From Campylobacter concisus (lineage in GTDB: Bacteria > Campylobacterota > Campylobacteria > Campylobacterales > Campylobacteraceae): a stretch of DNA of 64,000 nt. The position numbers and the translations under genes are program-made. Of the stretch, positions 19,195 to 29,055 are shown piece by piece. The stretch spans positions 1,556,527 to 1,620,526 of the forward strand of contig NZ_CP021642.1 of the NCBI RefSeq assembly GCF_003048375.1. The letters are read 5' to 3'. The notes under the pieces are model-generated. The model was not told the DNA's origin and ran no database searches. It saw only the letters and a list, made by a program, of their open reading frames with translations. Numbering within the stretch: position 1 is the stretch's first letter; every line of letters starts with the position of its first letter.

Positions 19195-20198
19195 TGTCCT
19201 AGATTAACATACTCGTTATCGTAGTAAAATGTGCCATTTCCCATGAAGCTCTTATCTTTTATCTCGTCGCTAAACTCATAAATTTCAGCTCCGCTAAGAT
19301 CTAAATTTGTCTTTATAACATAGCCTGTTTTTTCGATGACATAGAGCTTATTATTGATGATAGTAGCCGCTGAAAAGATAGCAAATTTGAAATTTACCTT
19401 ATTTTGCTCTTTTAGCATGAGGTCTGTTCTTACTATCGTGCCATCTTTTTTAAAGATGTAAATTTCATCGTTATGAACTAGCACGTCTTTGATCTCACCG
19501 TCATAATAGACTGTTTGGCTTGGGTTGATGACGATTAGTTTTTTGGCTGTTGCTGCGATTAGGTTATCGCCCTCAACGCCTAAAAATATGATGTTGTTAA
19601 AGAAATTTTCAGAGCTTACGACAACGTCGCGTAAAATTCTACCAGTCTCTTTTTGCACGATGTAAATTTTACCATCGAGTGCTGGATAGACGATGAGTGA
19701 GCTCATAAAGTAAGGTGCCACAACTCTTGAGTCAACCGCTGCGATTTCAGATGAGCTATACTCCATTAGTGTCGTAGCTGTGTTGATGTCGATTAGATAG
19801 ATGTGGTTTGATGCGCTGATAGCTGCAAGCTGGTTTTGATCAAGTGAGGCTGCTACGATCGCAGTTGGAAATTTACCACTATAAACGCTATGACCGCTAG
19901 GATCAGTCACGTTTAGATCGCCATTTATACTAGCTGAGATAACAAAGCCGTTGTTTTCGTTTAAGAAGTTGAAATTTTCAGGCAAGGTAATGCTTTTATT
20001 TAGCCCATTTTTAGTGATGATGTTGCCATTATCCAGCGTTGCGCCATTTGCATTTGCTGATTTGATGTAAGAAGGAAGATCTTTTGATAAAGATATCTCG
20101 CCAGAAGTTTGCGCAGGCTCAAAATATTGTCTTTTTGTGCCGCATCCGCTTAGAACTAAAGCCAAGGCAAAAGCCAAGAATAGTGTAAGTTTTTTCAT
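19191..20198 (-). CDS. lipoprotein, PQQ-like beta-propeller (BamB-like)
   Basis: Lipobox LVLSGC. Repetitive beta-rich sequence. Paired with an upstream YfgM-like gene. Confidence 0.5.
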   Translation of the reverse strand: MKKLTLFLAFALALVLSGCGTKRQYFEPAQTSGEISLSKDLPSYIKSANANGATLDNGNIITKNGLNKSITLPENFNFLNENNGFVISASINGDLNVTDPSGHSVYSGKFPTAIVAASLDQNQLAAISASNHIYLIDINTATTLMEYSSSEIAAVDSRVVAPYFMSSLIVYPALDGKIYIVQKETGRILRDVVVSSENFFNNIIFLGVEGDNLIAATAKKLIVINPSQTVYYDGEIKDVLVHNDEIYIFKKDGTIVRTDLMLKEQNKVNFKFAIFSAATIINNKLYVIEKTGYVIKTNLDLSGAEIYEFSDEIKDKSFMGNGTFYYDNEYVNLGQ

Positions 20199-20761
20199 TA
20201 TTTTATTCCCTGATAGTGTTTTAAATTTTTAACTAAAGTTTGTAGTTGTGAGTCAAGTGCGATCTTGTCAAATTCCACATTTGCCTCTTTGATTTTATTT
20301 TGTTTTAAAAGCTCAAAACCTTTTAAAAGTGTGTTATATTCGCTTAAAATTTGAGTATTTGCATCGCCAGTTTGTGAAAGGATGATATCTTTTACGATCG
20401 GATTTACTTTTAAATTTGCAAGCTCGCTAATGCCTTTTGTATCGTTTTTATCAAGCATTTGCCCAAGTGAAAAAAGTGCATATAAGCTTGGCTCTTTCTC
20501 CTTTAAAACATTTAAAGCGCTTGCGTCATTTGGATTTAAAATAAGCTTTGAATAGGCTAAATTTGCCTCCTCAACTCTGTTGTCGTTTAAAACCTTACTA
20601 GCGTAAAATCCGATGAGTGCGACGATAGCTGCCACGCATAGCACGATCAGCAAAGTTTTGTATTTCCTAAAAAAACGCTCTCCCTTGATCATACTCTCAA
20701 GAAACTGCTCCTGGGCGTCGATCTCTTTTTTTATCTCGGTTAAATCTTCTTTTATAGCCAA
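20198..20761 (-). CDS. YfgM-like membrane-anchored TPR-type protein
   Basis: N-terminal TM segment followed by a helical domain. Arranged upstream of a BamB-like gene, as in yfgM-bamB. Confidence 0.45.
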   Translation of the reverse strand: MAIKEDLTEIKKEIDAQEQFLESMIKGERFFRKYKTLLIVLCVAAIVALIGFYASKVLNDNRVEEANLAYSKLILNPNDASALNVLKEKEPSLYALFSLGQMLDKNDTKGISELANLKVNPIVKDIILSQTGDANTQILSEYNTLLKGFELLKQNKIKEANVEFDKIALDSQLQTLVKNLKHYQGIK

Positions 20762-20885
20762 CGTTTTTCCTTGCTTTTGAAAAATTTTAATTCGCAGATT
20801 TTAGCATAATTAAATTAAAAGTAGCCCAAAATTAAAGCTTGAATGTGATATAATGCCTCAAAATCAATTAAAAGGTTGCTTAATA

Positions 20886-21173
20886 ATGCAAATAGACGAC
20901 ACTCTCTTAAATAAACTAGAAAAACTCTCCGCATTACAAATTAATGATGAAAAAAGAGAAGAGATCAAGAAGCAATTAAGTGAAATCGTATCTTTTGTCG
21001 ATGTTTTAAATGAGCTTGATCTAAGTAGCGATGAGGCCGTAGTTAGCTCTATAAAAGGTGGCACTCCATTAAGAGAAGATGAGCCACATTTAAGTGACGT
21101 TGTCAATGAAATTTTAAAGCACGCCCCTTCACGCGAAGGGCACTTTTTCGCTGTGCCAAAGATCATAGAGTAA
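20886..21173 (+). CDS. gatC: Asp/Glu-tRNA amidotransferase subunit C
   Basis: About 95 aa from MQIDDTLLNKLEKLSALQI, typical of GatC. Confidence 0.8.
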   Translation: MQIDDTLLNKLEKLSALQINDEKREEIKKQLSEIVSFVDVLNELDLSSDEAVVSSIKGGTPLREDEPHLSDVVNEILKHAPSREGHFFAVPKIIE

Positions 21174-21176
21174 AAT

Positions 21177-22310
21177 ATGGATCTAATCGAACAACTAAGA
21201 GCGCAAAGCTCGGACGCTCAAGCCAAAGCATCAGAGAGTAATCTCTCTGGTGACATCCAAACGCTTCTAAAAACCGTTGTTTTCAATAAAGCTAGTGACC
21301 TCCACCTAGTCTCAAGGTCTGAGCCTCAGATAAGGATAGATGGCACTTTAAGACCGCTTGAATTTGGCGTTCTAAGTGGCAAAGATATAGAAAATTTATG
21401 CTACGCTCTAATCACAGACGCCCAAAAGAGCGAACTTGAGAACAACAAAGAGCTTGACTTTGCCATAGAACTTCCAAATATCGGCCGCTTCCGTGGTAAC
21501 TACTACTACACGATGAATGGCGATCTAGCCGCAGCTTTTCGTATCATACCTATCGACATCCCTTCGCTTGATGATCTAAATGCACCACAAATTTTTAAAT
21601 ATATCATCAAACGAGAAAAAGGTCTTATCCTGGTTACTGGACCAACAGGTAGCGGTAAGTCAACGACGCTTGCAGCGATGCTTAATGAGATAAATTTAAA
21701 TTATAGAAAGCACATCATCACCGTTGAAGACCCAGTTGAGTTTGTGCACAACAACAAAAAAGCCCTATTTTCACATAGAAACATAGGCACTGACACGCAC
21801 TCTTACTCAAAAGCACTAAAATTTGCACTTCGCGAGGACCCAGACATCATACTTGTAGGCGAGATGAGAGATAGAGAGACGATCTCTACGGCCATTACAG
21901 CGGCTGAGACTGGACACCTAGTCTTTGGCACTCTTCACACAAACTCAGCCATACAAACTATAAATAGGATCGTTGATAGCTTCGATGGAAGCGAGCAGCT
22001 TCAAGTAAGAAATATGCTTAGTGTTTCGCTAACTGCTGTCATCTCACAAAGTCTGATCCCAAAAATAGGCGGCGGAAGATGCGCTGTGCATGAAATTTTG
22101 ATAAATAATATGGCGATATCAAACTTGATACGTGAAAACAAAGTGCATCAAATTTACTCTCAAATGCAGCTAAATCAGCAACAAACTGGCATGAGCACGC
22201 AGACTCAAGCACTGATGAAAGCACTAAAAGAGGGCATGATCACAAAAGAAAACGCGCTAGCCTACTCAACTAGCCAACAAGAACTTCAAAATTTAATAGG
22301 AACTGTATGA
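21177..22310 (+). CDS. pilT: PilT-family type IV pilus retraction / secretion ATPase
   Basis: Walker A GPTGSGKSTT. Asp box and His box (TGHLVFGTLHT). Confidence 0.8.
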   Translation: MDLIEQLRAQSSDAQAKASESNLSGDIQTLLKTVVFNKASDLHLVSRSEPQIRIDGTLRPLEFGVLSGKDIENLCYALITDAQKSELENNKELDFAIELPNIGRFRGNYYYTMNGDLAAAFRIIPIDIPSLDDLNAPQIFKYIIKREKGLILVTGPTGSGKSTTLAAMLNEINLNYRKHIITVEDPVEFVHNNKKALFSHRNIGTDTHSYSKALKFALREDPDIILVGEMRDRETISTAITAAETGHLVFGTLHTNSAIQTINRIVDSFDGSEQLQVRNMLSVSLTAVISQSLIPKIGGGRCAVHEILINNMAISNLIRENKVHQIYSQMQLNQQQTGMSTQTQALMKALKEGMITKENALAYSTSQQELQNLIGTV

Positions 22311-22927
22311 TGGATTTAGTAACTTGGTTTGACATTATCGTCATCGCCCTTGTCCTGATACTTGGCGTAAAAGGCATAATAAACGGGCTTATAAAAGAGG
22401 CATTTGGGCTTATCGGGCTAATAGGTGGTCTAGTTGTCGCTAGTAGATTTTCAGATGTAGCTGAGAGCTTCATAAGCAAAAATATCTATAAATTTGAAAA
22501 TCCTTCATTTTTACAATTTGTCGCATTTATCGGACTTTGGCTAGTTTTTTGGCTAGTTTGTCTACTAGTTGGCAAATTTTTATCAAAGATAGTTTCAGTA
22601 AGCGGCCTTGGCTTCTTAGACAGGTTTGGTGGATTTGTCATGGGAAGTGGCAAAATTTTCCTCACATTTTCAGCAGTCGTTGCCGTAATGTCAGGCACTT
22701 CGCTAAATAAAATGATCGAGCCATACTTCACAAATAGCAAGGTCTATCCGCTCCTGCTTGAAACTGGTAGATGGATAACAAATATCGATGTGAAAAACAT
22801 CAAAAATGAGCTAGATGAGATGGTAGTAAGACCAAAGGATACAAACAAGAGTGATGCATTTATTTCAATGGATGCAAATGCAAGCACAAACACCGACACA
22901 AACGTCACTAAAGGGGAAGAGAAATGA
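22307..22927 (+). CDS. cvpA: CvpA family membrane protein
   Basis: N-terminal TM helices characteristic of CvpA. Confidence 0.7.
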   Translation: MMDLVTWFDIIVIALVLILGVKGIINGLIKEAFGLIGLIGGLVVASRFSDVAESFISKNIYKFENPSFLQFVAFIGLWLVFWLVCLLVGKFLSKIVSVSGLGFLDRFGGFVMGSGKIFLTFSAVVAVMSGTSLNKMIEPYFTNSKVYPLLLETGRWITNIDVKNIKNELDEMVVRPKDTNKSDAFISMDANASTNTDTNVTKGEEK

Positions 22928-23391
22928 TAGAAAATTTAGAATATGATGCCTTGCTTGAGAAATTTAAAAGAGTTCTTCGTGATAATGGTTTAAAATATAC
23001 AAAACAGCGTGAAATTTTACTAAAAACGCTTTATAACAATGACGAACACTTTACGCCAGAGAGGCTATATCTTTTTATAAAAGAGACCTATCCTGAGCTA
23101 AATATCGGCATCGCAACTGTTTATAGGACGCTAAATTTACTAGAAGAATCAGAGATGGTAACATCTATCAGCTTTGGTTCACAAGGCAAGAAATTTGAGC
23201 TTGCCACAAAGCCACACCATGACCACATGATATGTAGAAAGTGCGGTCTTATCATAGAATTTGAAGATCCTATGATAGAAAAAAGGCAAATAAGCATCGC
23301 AAAAGAGCATGGCTTTAAACTAACTGGTCACATGATGCAGCTTTATGGAATTTGCGAAAAATGTTCAAAAAATAATATAAAGGGAAAGTAA
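22924..23391 (+). CDS. fur: ferric uptake regulator
   Basis: Closely resembles C. jejuni Fur ([11 protein letters not shown] ... [13 protein letters not shown]). Lies upstream of lysS-glyA, as in C. jejuni. Confidence 0.85.
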   Translation: MIENLEYDALLEKFKRVLRDNGLKYTKQREILLKTLYNNDEHFTPERLYLFIKETYPELNIGIATVYRTLNLLEESEMVTSISFGSQGKKFELATKPHHDHMICRKCGLIIEFEDPMIEKRQISIAKEHGFKLTGHMMQLYGICEKCSKNNIKGK

Positions 23392-23392
23392 G

Positions 23393-24904
23393 GTGATATT
23401 TGACAACCAACATGAAATTCAAAGATTAGAAAGTATAGATGAGCTTAGAAATTTAGGCATAAATCCATATCCACATTTTCTTAGAAGAGATATGAATATC
23501 TCTAAATTTAGACTTAAATTTAACTATATAAAAGATACAGAAGAGAAAAAAGCAGAGGGGCAGCTAGTTGGCCTTGCAGGCAGGATAAAGCTGATCCGTG
23601 ACGCTGGTAAAGCGGTCTTTGCAAACATTGAAGACGAAAATGGAAATTTACAAATTTACTTTAGCAACAAGACGCTTGATCCAGAGTGGTTTAAAATCGT
23701 TAAAAAATATGTAGAAATAGGCGACATCGTCTATGTTAGAGGCTACGCTTTTATAACAAAAACTGGCGAATTTTCAATGCACGTAAATGAGCTTAGTTTG
23801 GCTACAAAATCGATAAGTCCGCTTCCAGAGAAGTACCACGGGCTAGTTGATGTTGAGACAAGATACCGCCAAAGATACCTTGATATGATAATGAACCCTG
23901 AAGTTAGGGCTGATTTTAAAAAGCGCTCAGTTATCATTAGCACGATTAGAAGATTTTTTGAAGAAAAGGGCTTTTTAGAGGTTGAAACTCCGATGCTTCA
24001 CCCAATAGCTGGTGGCGCAAATGCAAAACCATTTGTGACATTTCACAACGCGCTTGGAGTTGAGAGATACCTAAGAATCGCTCCCGAGCTATATCTAAAA
24101 CGCCTTGTAGTTGGCGGTTTTGAAGCTGTTTATGAGATGAATAGAAACTTCAGAAACGAGGGCATGGATCTAACCCATAACCCTGAATTTACAAGCATAG
24201 AGTTTTACTGGGCATATCACAACTACCACGATCTAATGGGCATCACAGAGGATTTATTTAATGTCATTTTAGAAAAACTTGGCATGGAGAAAGTGATAAA
24301 TTTTGATGGCATGGAGATTGATTTTAGTAAGCCATTTAAACGCATAAGCTATAAAAAAGCCTTAGTTGAGATCGGCGGACTTGCTGAAGATATCGTAAGC
24401 GATAAAGCTAAAATTTTAGCAAAACTAAGAGCAGATGGTTTTGAAGCAAACGAGAAGCTCGACCTTGGCCACTTGCAGGCTGAACTCTTTGACAACTACG
24501 TAGAGAGCAAGCTCATCCACCCAACTTTTGTCATCGACTATCCGATCTCTATAAGCCCACTTTCAAGAAGAAGCGACACAAATCCTGATGTGGCAGAGAG
24601 ATTTGAGCTATTTATCGCTGGTCGTGAGCTAGCAAATGGCTTTAACGAGCTAAATGATCCAATCGATCAATACAACCGCTTTAAAGCGCAGATCGACGCT
24701 AAAAATGCAGGCGATGACGAGGCACATGAGATGGACGAGGACTATGTAAAAGCCCTAGGATACGGCATGCCGCCAGTTGCAGGCGAAGGCATAGGCATAG
24801 ACAGACTTGTTATGCTTTTAACAGATAAAAAATCAATACGCGACGTTGTCCTCTTCCCAGCGATGAGGCCACTAAAAACTGAGACAAAGGAAAATGAAAA
24901 ATGA
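23393..24904 (+). CDS. lysS: lysyl-tRNA synthetase (class II)
   Basis: 503 aa. Class II aaRS motifs. Confidence 0.95.
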   Translation: MIFDNQHEIQRLESIDELRNLGINPYPHFLRRDMNISKFRLKFNYIKDTEEKKAEGQLVGLAGRIKLIRDAGKAVFANIEDENGNLQIYFSNKTLDPEWFKIVKKYVEIGDIVYVRGYAFITKTGEFSMHVNELSLATKSISPLPEKYHGLVDVETRYRQRYLDMIMNPEVRADFKKRSVIISTIRRFFEEKGFLEVETPMLHPIAGGANAKPFVTFHNALGVERYLRIAPELYLKRLVVGGFEAVYEMNRNFRNEGMDLTHNPEFTSIEFYWAYHNYHDLMGITEDLFNVILEKLGMEKVINFDGMEIDFSKPFKRISYKKALVEIGGLAEDIVSDKAKILAKLRADGFEANEKLDLGHLQAELFDNYVESKLIHPTFVIDYPISISPLSRRSDTNPDVAERFELFIAGRELANGFNELNDPIDQYNRFKAQIDAKNAGDDEAHEMDEDYVKALGYGMPPVAGEGIGIDRLVMLLTDKKSIRDVVLFPAMRPLKTETKENEK

Positions 24905-26145
24905 GTTTGCAAAGCTATGATAAAGAAATTTTTGATCTAGTAAATTTAGAGTTAAAACGCCAGTGTGATCACCTAGAAATGATCGCTAGTGAAAATTTCA
25001 CTTATCCAGATGTTATGGAGGTGATGGGCTCAATCCTAACAAACAAATACGCTGAAGGCTACCCTGGCAAGAGATATTATGGTGGTTGCGAATTTGTCGA
25101 TGAGATCGAGCAAATCGCGATCGATAGATGTAAAGAGCTTTTTGGATGCGAATTTGCAAATGTTCAGCCAAACTCAGGCTCTCAGGCAAACCAAGGCGTT
25201 TATGGAGCTTTGCTTAATCCAGGCGATAAAATTTTAGGTATGGATCTAAGCCACGGCGGACACCTAACTCACGGTGCAAAGGTAAGCAGCTCTGGCAAGA
25301 TGTATGAGAGCTTTTTTTATGGCGTCGAGCTTGATGGTCGCATAAACTACGATAGAGTTATGGATATCGCAAAGATAGTAAAACCAAAAATGATCGTTTG
25401 TGGCGCAAGCGCATACACAAGAGAGATCGAGTTTAAGAAATTTAGAGAGATAGCTGACGCTGTTGGTGCGATACTCTTTGCAGACGTTGCTCACATTGCT
25501 GGCCTAGTCGTAGCTGGCGAACATCAAAGTCCTTTCCCACACTGCGACGTCGTAAGCTCAACTACGCATAAAACTCTAAGAGGCCCAAGAGGCGGCATCA
25601 TCATGACAAACAACGAAGAGTACGCTAAAAAGATAAACTCCTCTATCTTCCCAGGCATCCAAGGCGGCCCACTAGTTCATGTCATCGCTGCAAAGGCAGT
25701 TGGCTTTAAGCACAACCTTAGCCCTGAGTGGAAAATTTACGCTAAACAAGTAAAAGCAAACGCTAAAAAACTTGGCGAAGTGCTAATAAGCAGAGGCTTT
25801 GATCTAGTAAGTGGCGGCACTGATAACCACCTAATCCTAATGAGCTTTTTAAACCGCGAATTTAGTGGAAAAGACGCAGATATCGCTCTTGGCAACGCTG
25901 GCATAACAGTAAATAAAAATACAGTTCCAGGCGAGACAAGAAGTCCGTTTATCACAAGCGGCATACGTGTAGGTAGCCCAGCTCTTACAGCGCGCGGCAT
26001 GAAAGAGGCCGAATTTGAGCTAATAGCAAACAAGATCGCTGACGTGCTAAGCGATATCAACAACACATCTTTACAAGAGAAGATCAAGGGCGAGCTAAAA
26101 GAGTTAGCTCATAAATTTATAATCTACGATAAAGCGACATTTTAA
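24901..26145 (+). CDS. glyA: serine hydroxymethyltransferase
   Basis: 414 aa. The PLP-lysine region [16 protein letters not shown] is classic SHMT. Confidence 0.95.
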   Translation: MSLQSYDKEIFDLVNLELKRQCDHLEMIASENFTYPDVMEVMGSILTNKYAEGYPGKRYYGGCEFVDEIEQIAIDRCKELFGCEFANVQPNSGSQANQGVYGALLNPGDKILGMDLSHGGHLTHGAKVSSSGKMYESFFYGVELDGRINYDRVMDIAKIVKPKMIVCGASAYTREIEFKKFREIADAVGAILFADVAHIAGLVVAGEHQSPFPHCDVVSSTTHKTLRGPRGGIIMTNNEEYAKKINSSIFPGIQGGPLVHVIAAKAVGFKHNLSPEWKIYAKQVKANAKKLGEVLISRGFDLVSGGTDNHLILMSFLNREFSGKDADIALGNAGITVNKNTVPGETRSPFITSGIRVGSPALTARGMKEAEFELIANKIADVLSDINNTSLQEKIKGELKELAHKFIIYDKATF

Positions 26146-26687
26146 TGCAAAGTATCGACACGTCTCTTATAAAAATTATCACGACACACTACTACATCAA
26201 GCGTGATACGATAGTAAATAAGATAGAGTATAAGGGCAAAATTTTCTTTGATAAATTTGAAAAGATCAATGAGCCCCTAACGTATAGCGTCATGAAGGAC
26301 CACGAGGATGGCAAGTCTATCATCGCCCACTCGCTGATTAATGCAAGTGATAAGGTCGAAAATATAGTTTTTGACTACAACGGTAGAACTCCAGATAGGT
26401 TTTGGCATAGAGCGCAGCTTCTTTTAAGAGAAGAAGGCTTTATAAATTTCACAGCCTACGAGACCAAGACGCCAGGACATTTGCACCTTTATGTGCATAA
26501 AGGTCACACTACGCTAAATGAAGCTTGCACGCTTGCAAATATGCTAAGCGCAAAGCTCTCGCAAAAGCTAGCCAAAGAGTGGAGAATGTTTCCTAATCAA
26601 GATATGCCAAAAGAATTTAACATCCTAACTTTGCCATATAACCTCTATCAAAAAGAGCGTGGGGCAAGTTGGTCAAAATATATGTAA
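26145..26687 (+). CDS. conserved hypothetical protein (180 aa) downstream of glyA
   Basis: ORF coupled to the glyA stop. Confidence 0.55.
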   Translation: MQSIDTSLIKIITTHYYIKRDTIVNKIEYKGKIFFDKFEKINEPLTYSVMKDHEDGKSIIAHSLINASDKVENIVFDYNGRTPDRFWHRAQLLLREEGFINFTAYETKTPGHLHLYVHKGHTTLNEACTLANMLSAKLSQKLAKEWRMFPNQDMPKEFNILTLPYNLYQKERGASWSKYM

Positions 26688-26696
26688 GGAGAAATA

Positions 26697-27590
26697 ATGG
26701 AAAACGAAGAGTTAAAAGATATACTTTTAGAAAAAGATGATGAGGCAAAGGGCGCGAAACTAAAGAAACTTCTTATGTTTATAGCAGCTCTTGTTATACT
26801 TTTTTTAATCATCATCGTAGCCATGAAGCTTATAAATTCAAGCGACTCGACACAAGCACAAAATGAAGCCGACTCAAGACTAGTTCTGCCTCCAGTACCA
26901 GCAGAGCAGCCAGTCGATACGCAGGTGCCTGCACAAGATACAAATTCAGATGTTAAAAAAGGCGATACACAACTTTTTGAGCAAGTGCCTATCGTGCCTG
27001 AAAACAAGCAACAAGATGATTTTGAAGATATGATCAAAAAGCTAAAAGATAAAGAAGGCGCAAAATCAGCTCCTAAAACTGAAGAGCCAAAAGAGGTAGT
27101 AAAAGCTGTCGAGCATCCAACTGAAGCACCTAAAAAAGCTGAGGCAAAGGTAGAGGCTCCAGCTAAAAAAGCTGAAACAAAAAGCGAAGCTAAAGCAGAG
27201 AAAAAAGCTGAAGCAAAGCCAGCCAAAACTGAGGCAAAAGCCGAGAAGAAAGCTGAAACTAAAGCTGAGAAAAAACCTGAAACAAAGGTAGAAAAAAAGG
27301 CTGAAGCTCCTGCAAAAGCAGAAAAAGTAGAGAAAAAAGCTGAAGCTCCAGCAAAAGCTGAGAGTGTCGCAAAAGGCTCTTATGTTCAAGTATTTGCAAC
27401 TAGTAAATTTAACCCAAATGCCGACTATATGAAAAAAATAGCAGCCAAAGGCTATAGCTACAAAACTATAAAAGCTGGCGAGCTAACTAAAATTTTAGTT
27501 GGTCCATTTGATGAAAAAGGGCTACAAAAAGCCGTAAATGATATAAGAAAAGATGTCAATAAAGACGCTTTTGTCTTTAGAGCAAAATGA
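26697..27590 (+). CDS. SPOR-domain membrane protein with a Lys/Ala/Glu-rich repetitive linker
   Basis: N-terminal TM segment. AEAK/KKAE imperfect repeats. The C-terminus is SPOR-like (KILVGPFDEKGLQKAVNDIRKD). Confidence 0.7.
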   Translation: MENEELKDILLEKDDEAKGAKLKKLLMFIAALVILFLIIIVAMKLINSSDSTQAQNEADSRLVLPPVPAEQPVDTQVPAQDTNSDVKKGDTQLFEQVPIVPENKQQDDFEDMIKKLKDKEGAKSAPKTEEPKEVVKAVEHPTEAPKKAEAKVEAPAKKAETKSEAKAEKKAEAKPAKTEAKAEKKAETKAEKKPETKVEKKAEAPAKAEKVEKKAEAPAKAESVAKGSYVQVFATSKFNPNADYMKKIAAKGYSYKTIKAGELTKILVGPFDEKGLQKAVNDIRKDVNKDAFVFRAK

Positions 27591-28375
27591 AAACCTTCGC
27601 AGTTTTTGGAGATCCGATAGCTCACTCGGTATCTCCAAGACTACACAACAAAGCCATTGCCGATCTAGCTCTTGATGCCCTATATACTAGGGTTTTGCTA
27701 AAAGATGGCAATGAGCTAATCAATAAATTTAAATCCTTAAAACTAAACGGCGCAAATGTCACACTCCCGCATAAAGAATTTGCTCTAAATTTAGCCGACG
27801 ACGCCTCAGAGGCAGCCCAAAAAATAGGCTCTGCAAACACTTTGGTGCTAAAAAATGAAAAAATTTATGCCTACAACACTGACGCACCTGGCTTTTTAAA
27901 AGCGATAGCAAATTTCAAAGAGGCAAAAAGCGTCATCATTCTTGGAGCTGGAGGCACTGCAAACGCCATAGCATACGCACTTAGATCGCAAAACATAGAT
28001 GTTTGCATACTAAATAGAAGCAAGGCAAGACTTGATAAATTTAAAGATCACTATGAGTGTTTTAGCTGGGATGACTATAAAGAGCACAAGTTTGATCTAG
28101 TGGTAAATTCGACCTCAGCAGGGCTAAAAGATGACCTTTTGCCAGCACCAAAAGAGATTTTAGATGGCATTTTAAAAAGCGCTAAATTTGCATTTGATGT
28201 TATTTACGGCAAGCAAACGCCATTTTTAAAAGAGGCTAAAAGCCAAAATTTAGCATGCAAAGACGGAGCTGATATGCTCTTGTACCAAGCGGTTTTAGCG
28301 TTAAATTTATTTTATAACAGCAGCCTCGATGAGAAAAAGATAGAAATTTCTATGCGAGAGGCTCTTAGTTTATAG
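27587..28375 (+). CDS. aroE: shikimate dehydrogenase
   Basis: 262 aa. Typical AroE N-terminus FAVFGDPIAHSVSP. Confidence 0.85.
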   Translation: MKTFAVFGDPIAHSVSPRLHNKAIADLALDALYTRVLLKDGNELINKFKSLKLNGANVTLPHKEFALNLADDASEAAQKIGSANTLVLKNEKIYAYNTDAPGFLKAIANFKEAKSVIILGAGGTANAIAYALRSQNIDVCILNRSKARLDKFKDHYECFSWDDYKEHKFDLVVNSTSAGLKDDLLPAPKEILDGILKSAKFAFDVIYGKQTPFLKEAKSQNLACKDGADMLLYQAVLALNLFYNSSLDEKKIEISMREALSL

Positions 28376-28402
28376 AGCTCTTGCAAGAGTGCATTAAACA
28401 AA

Positions 28403-28999
28403 ATGAAAAAATTATCAAGCTTAATAAATAATGTTCTAAAGCTTAGCGATATAAATTTTAACTCCTTTAGTTACTCTAAAAACTGGATAGGCTTTTTTGA
28501 GATAGAGGATGAAAACTGGGCTTCTGGCGTAGATACCGCACTAAAGCTATTTGATAAATATTTTTATAAATTTAAAAAAGAGGTATTTGTCATAAGCGCC
28601 TTAAACTACGACGATACTAACTTGAGCGATGAAACGCTTGAAGTAAAAACTTTGCACGATAAATTTAAAAAGTTAGGCATCTTGCAAGAGCCAAATGAGC
28701 ACTTTGATCTTGGTTTAGATGGTGAGATTTTGCTACCTGCCATCTGCCTTAGGATAGATGCTTTAAAATTTAATGAGATCAAAGATCTAGCTAAACTACT
28801 TATGCTCTATACATACTCCTTAAACGAGTGGTGCTTTTTTATCTTTCCAAGCCTAAATTTAGCGCTTTATCCACATGATGAGAGAGGTTTTGGCTGCATC
28901 GGACTAAATGACGATATAAAAAATGGATTAAATTTTTTAGAGTTTTGTAAAAGAGAGAAAAATGCAAAGGTTGTTTTAAAAGAGCAAAATAGCAACTAA
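28403..28999 (+). CDS. hypothetical protein (198 aa)
   Basis: ORF only. Confidence 0.45.
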   Translation: MKKLSSLINNVLKLSDINFNSFSYSKNWIGFFEIEDENWASGVDTALKLFDKYFYKFKKEVFVISALNYDDTNLSDETLEVKTLHDKFKKLGILQEPNEHFDLGLDGEILLPAICLRIDALKFNEIKDLAKLLMLYTYSLNEWCFFIFPSLNLALYPHDERGFGCIGLNDDIKNGLNFLEFCKREKNAKVVLKEQNSN

Positions 29000-29055
29000 A
29001 TTTTAAGATCACACAAAACTAAAAGCCCCCTTGCCAAAGCAAAGGAGGAAAATTT

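Noticed and set aside
26648-27389. 192-aa and 107-aa minus-strand ORFs antisense to the SPOR/KAE-repeat gene
   Set aside because: They are artefacts of the repetitive GC-skewed codons (AAAGCTGAA repeats) and are low-complexity S/F/C-rich.
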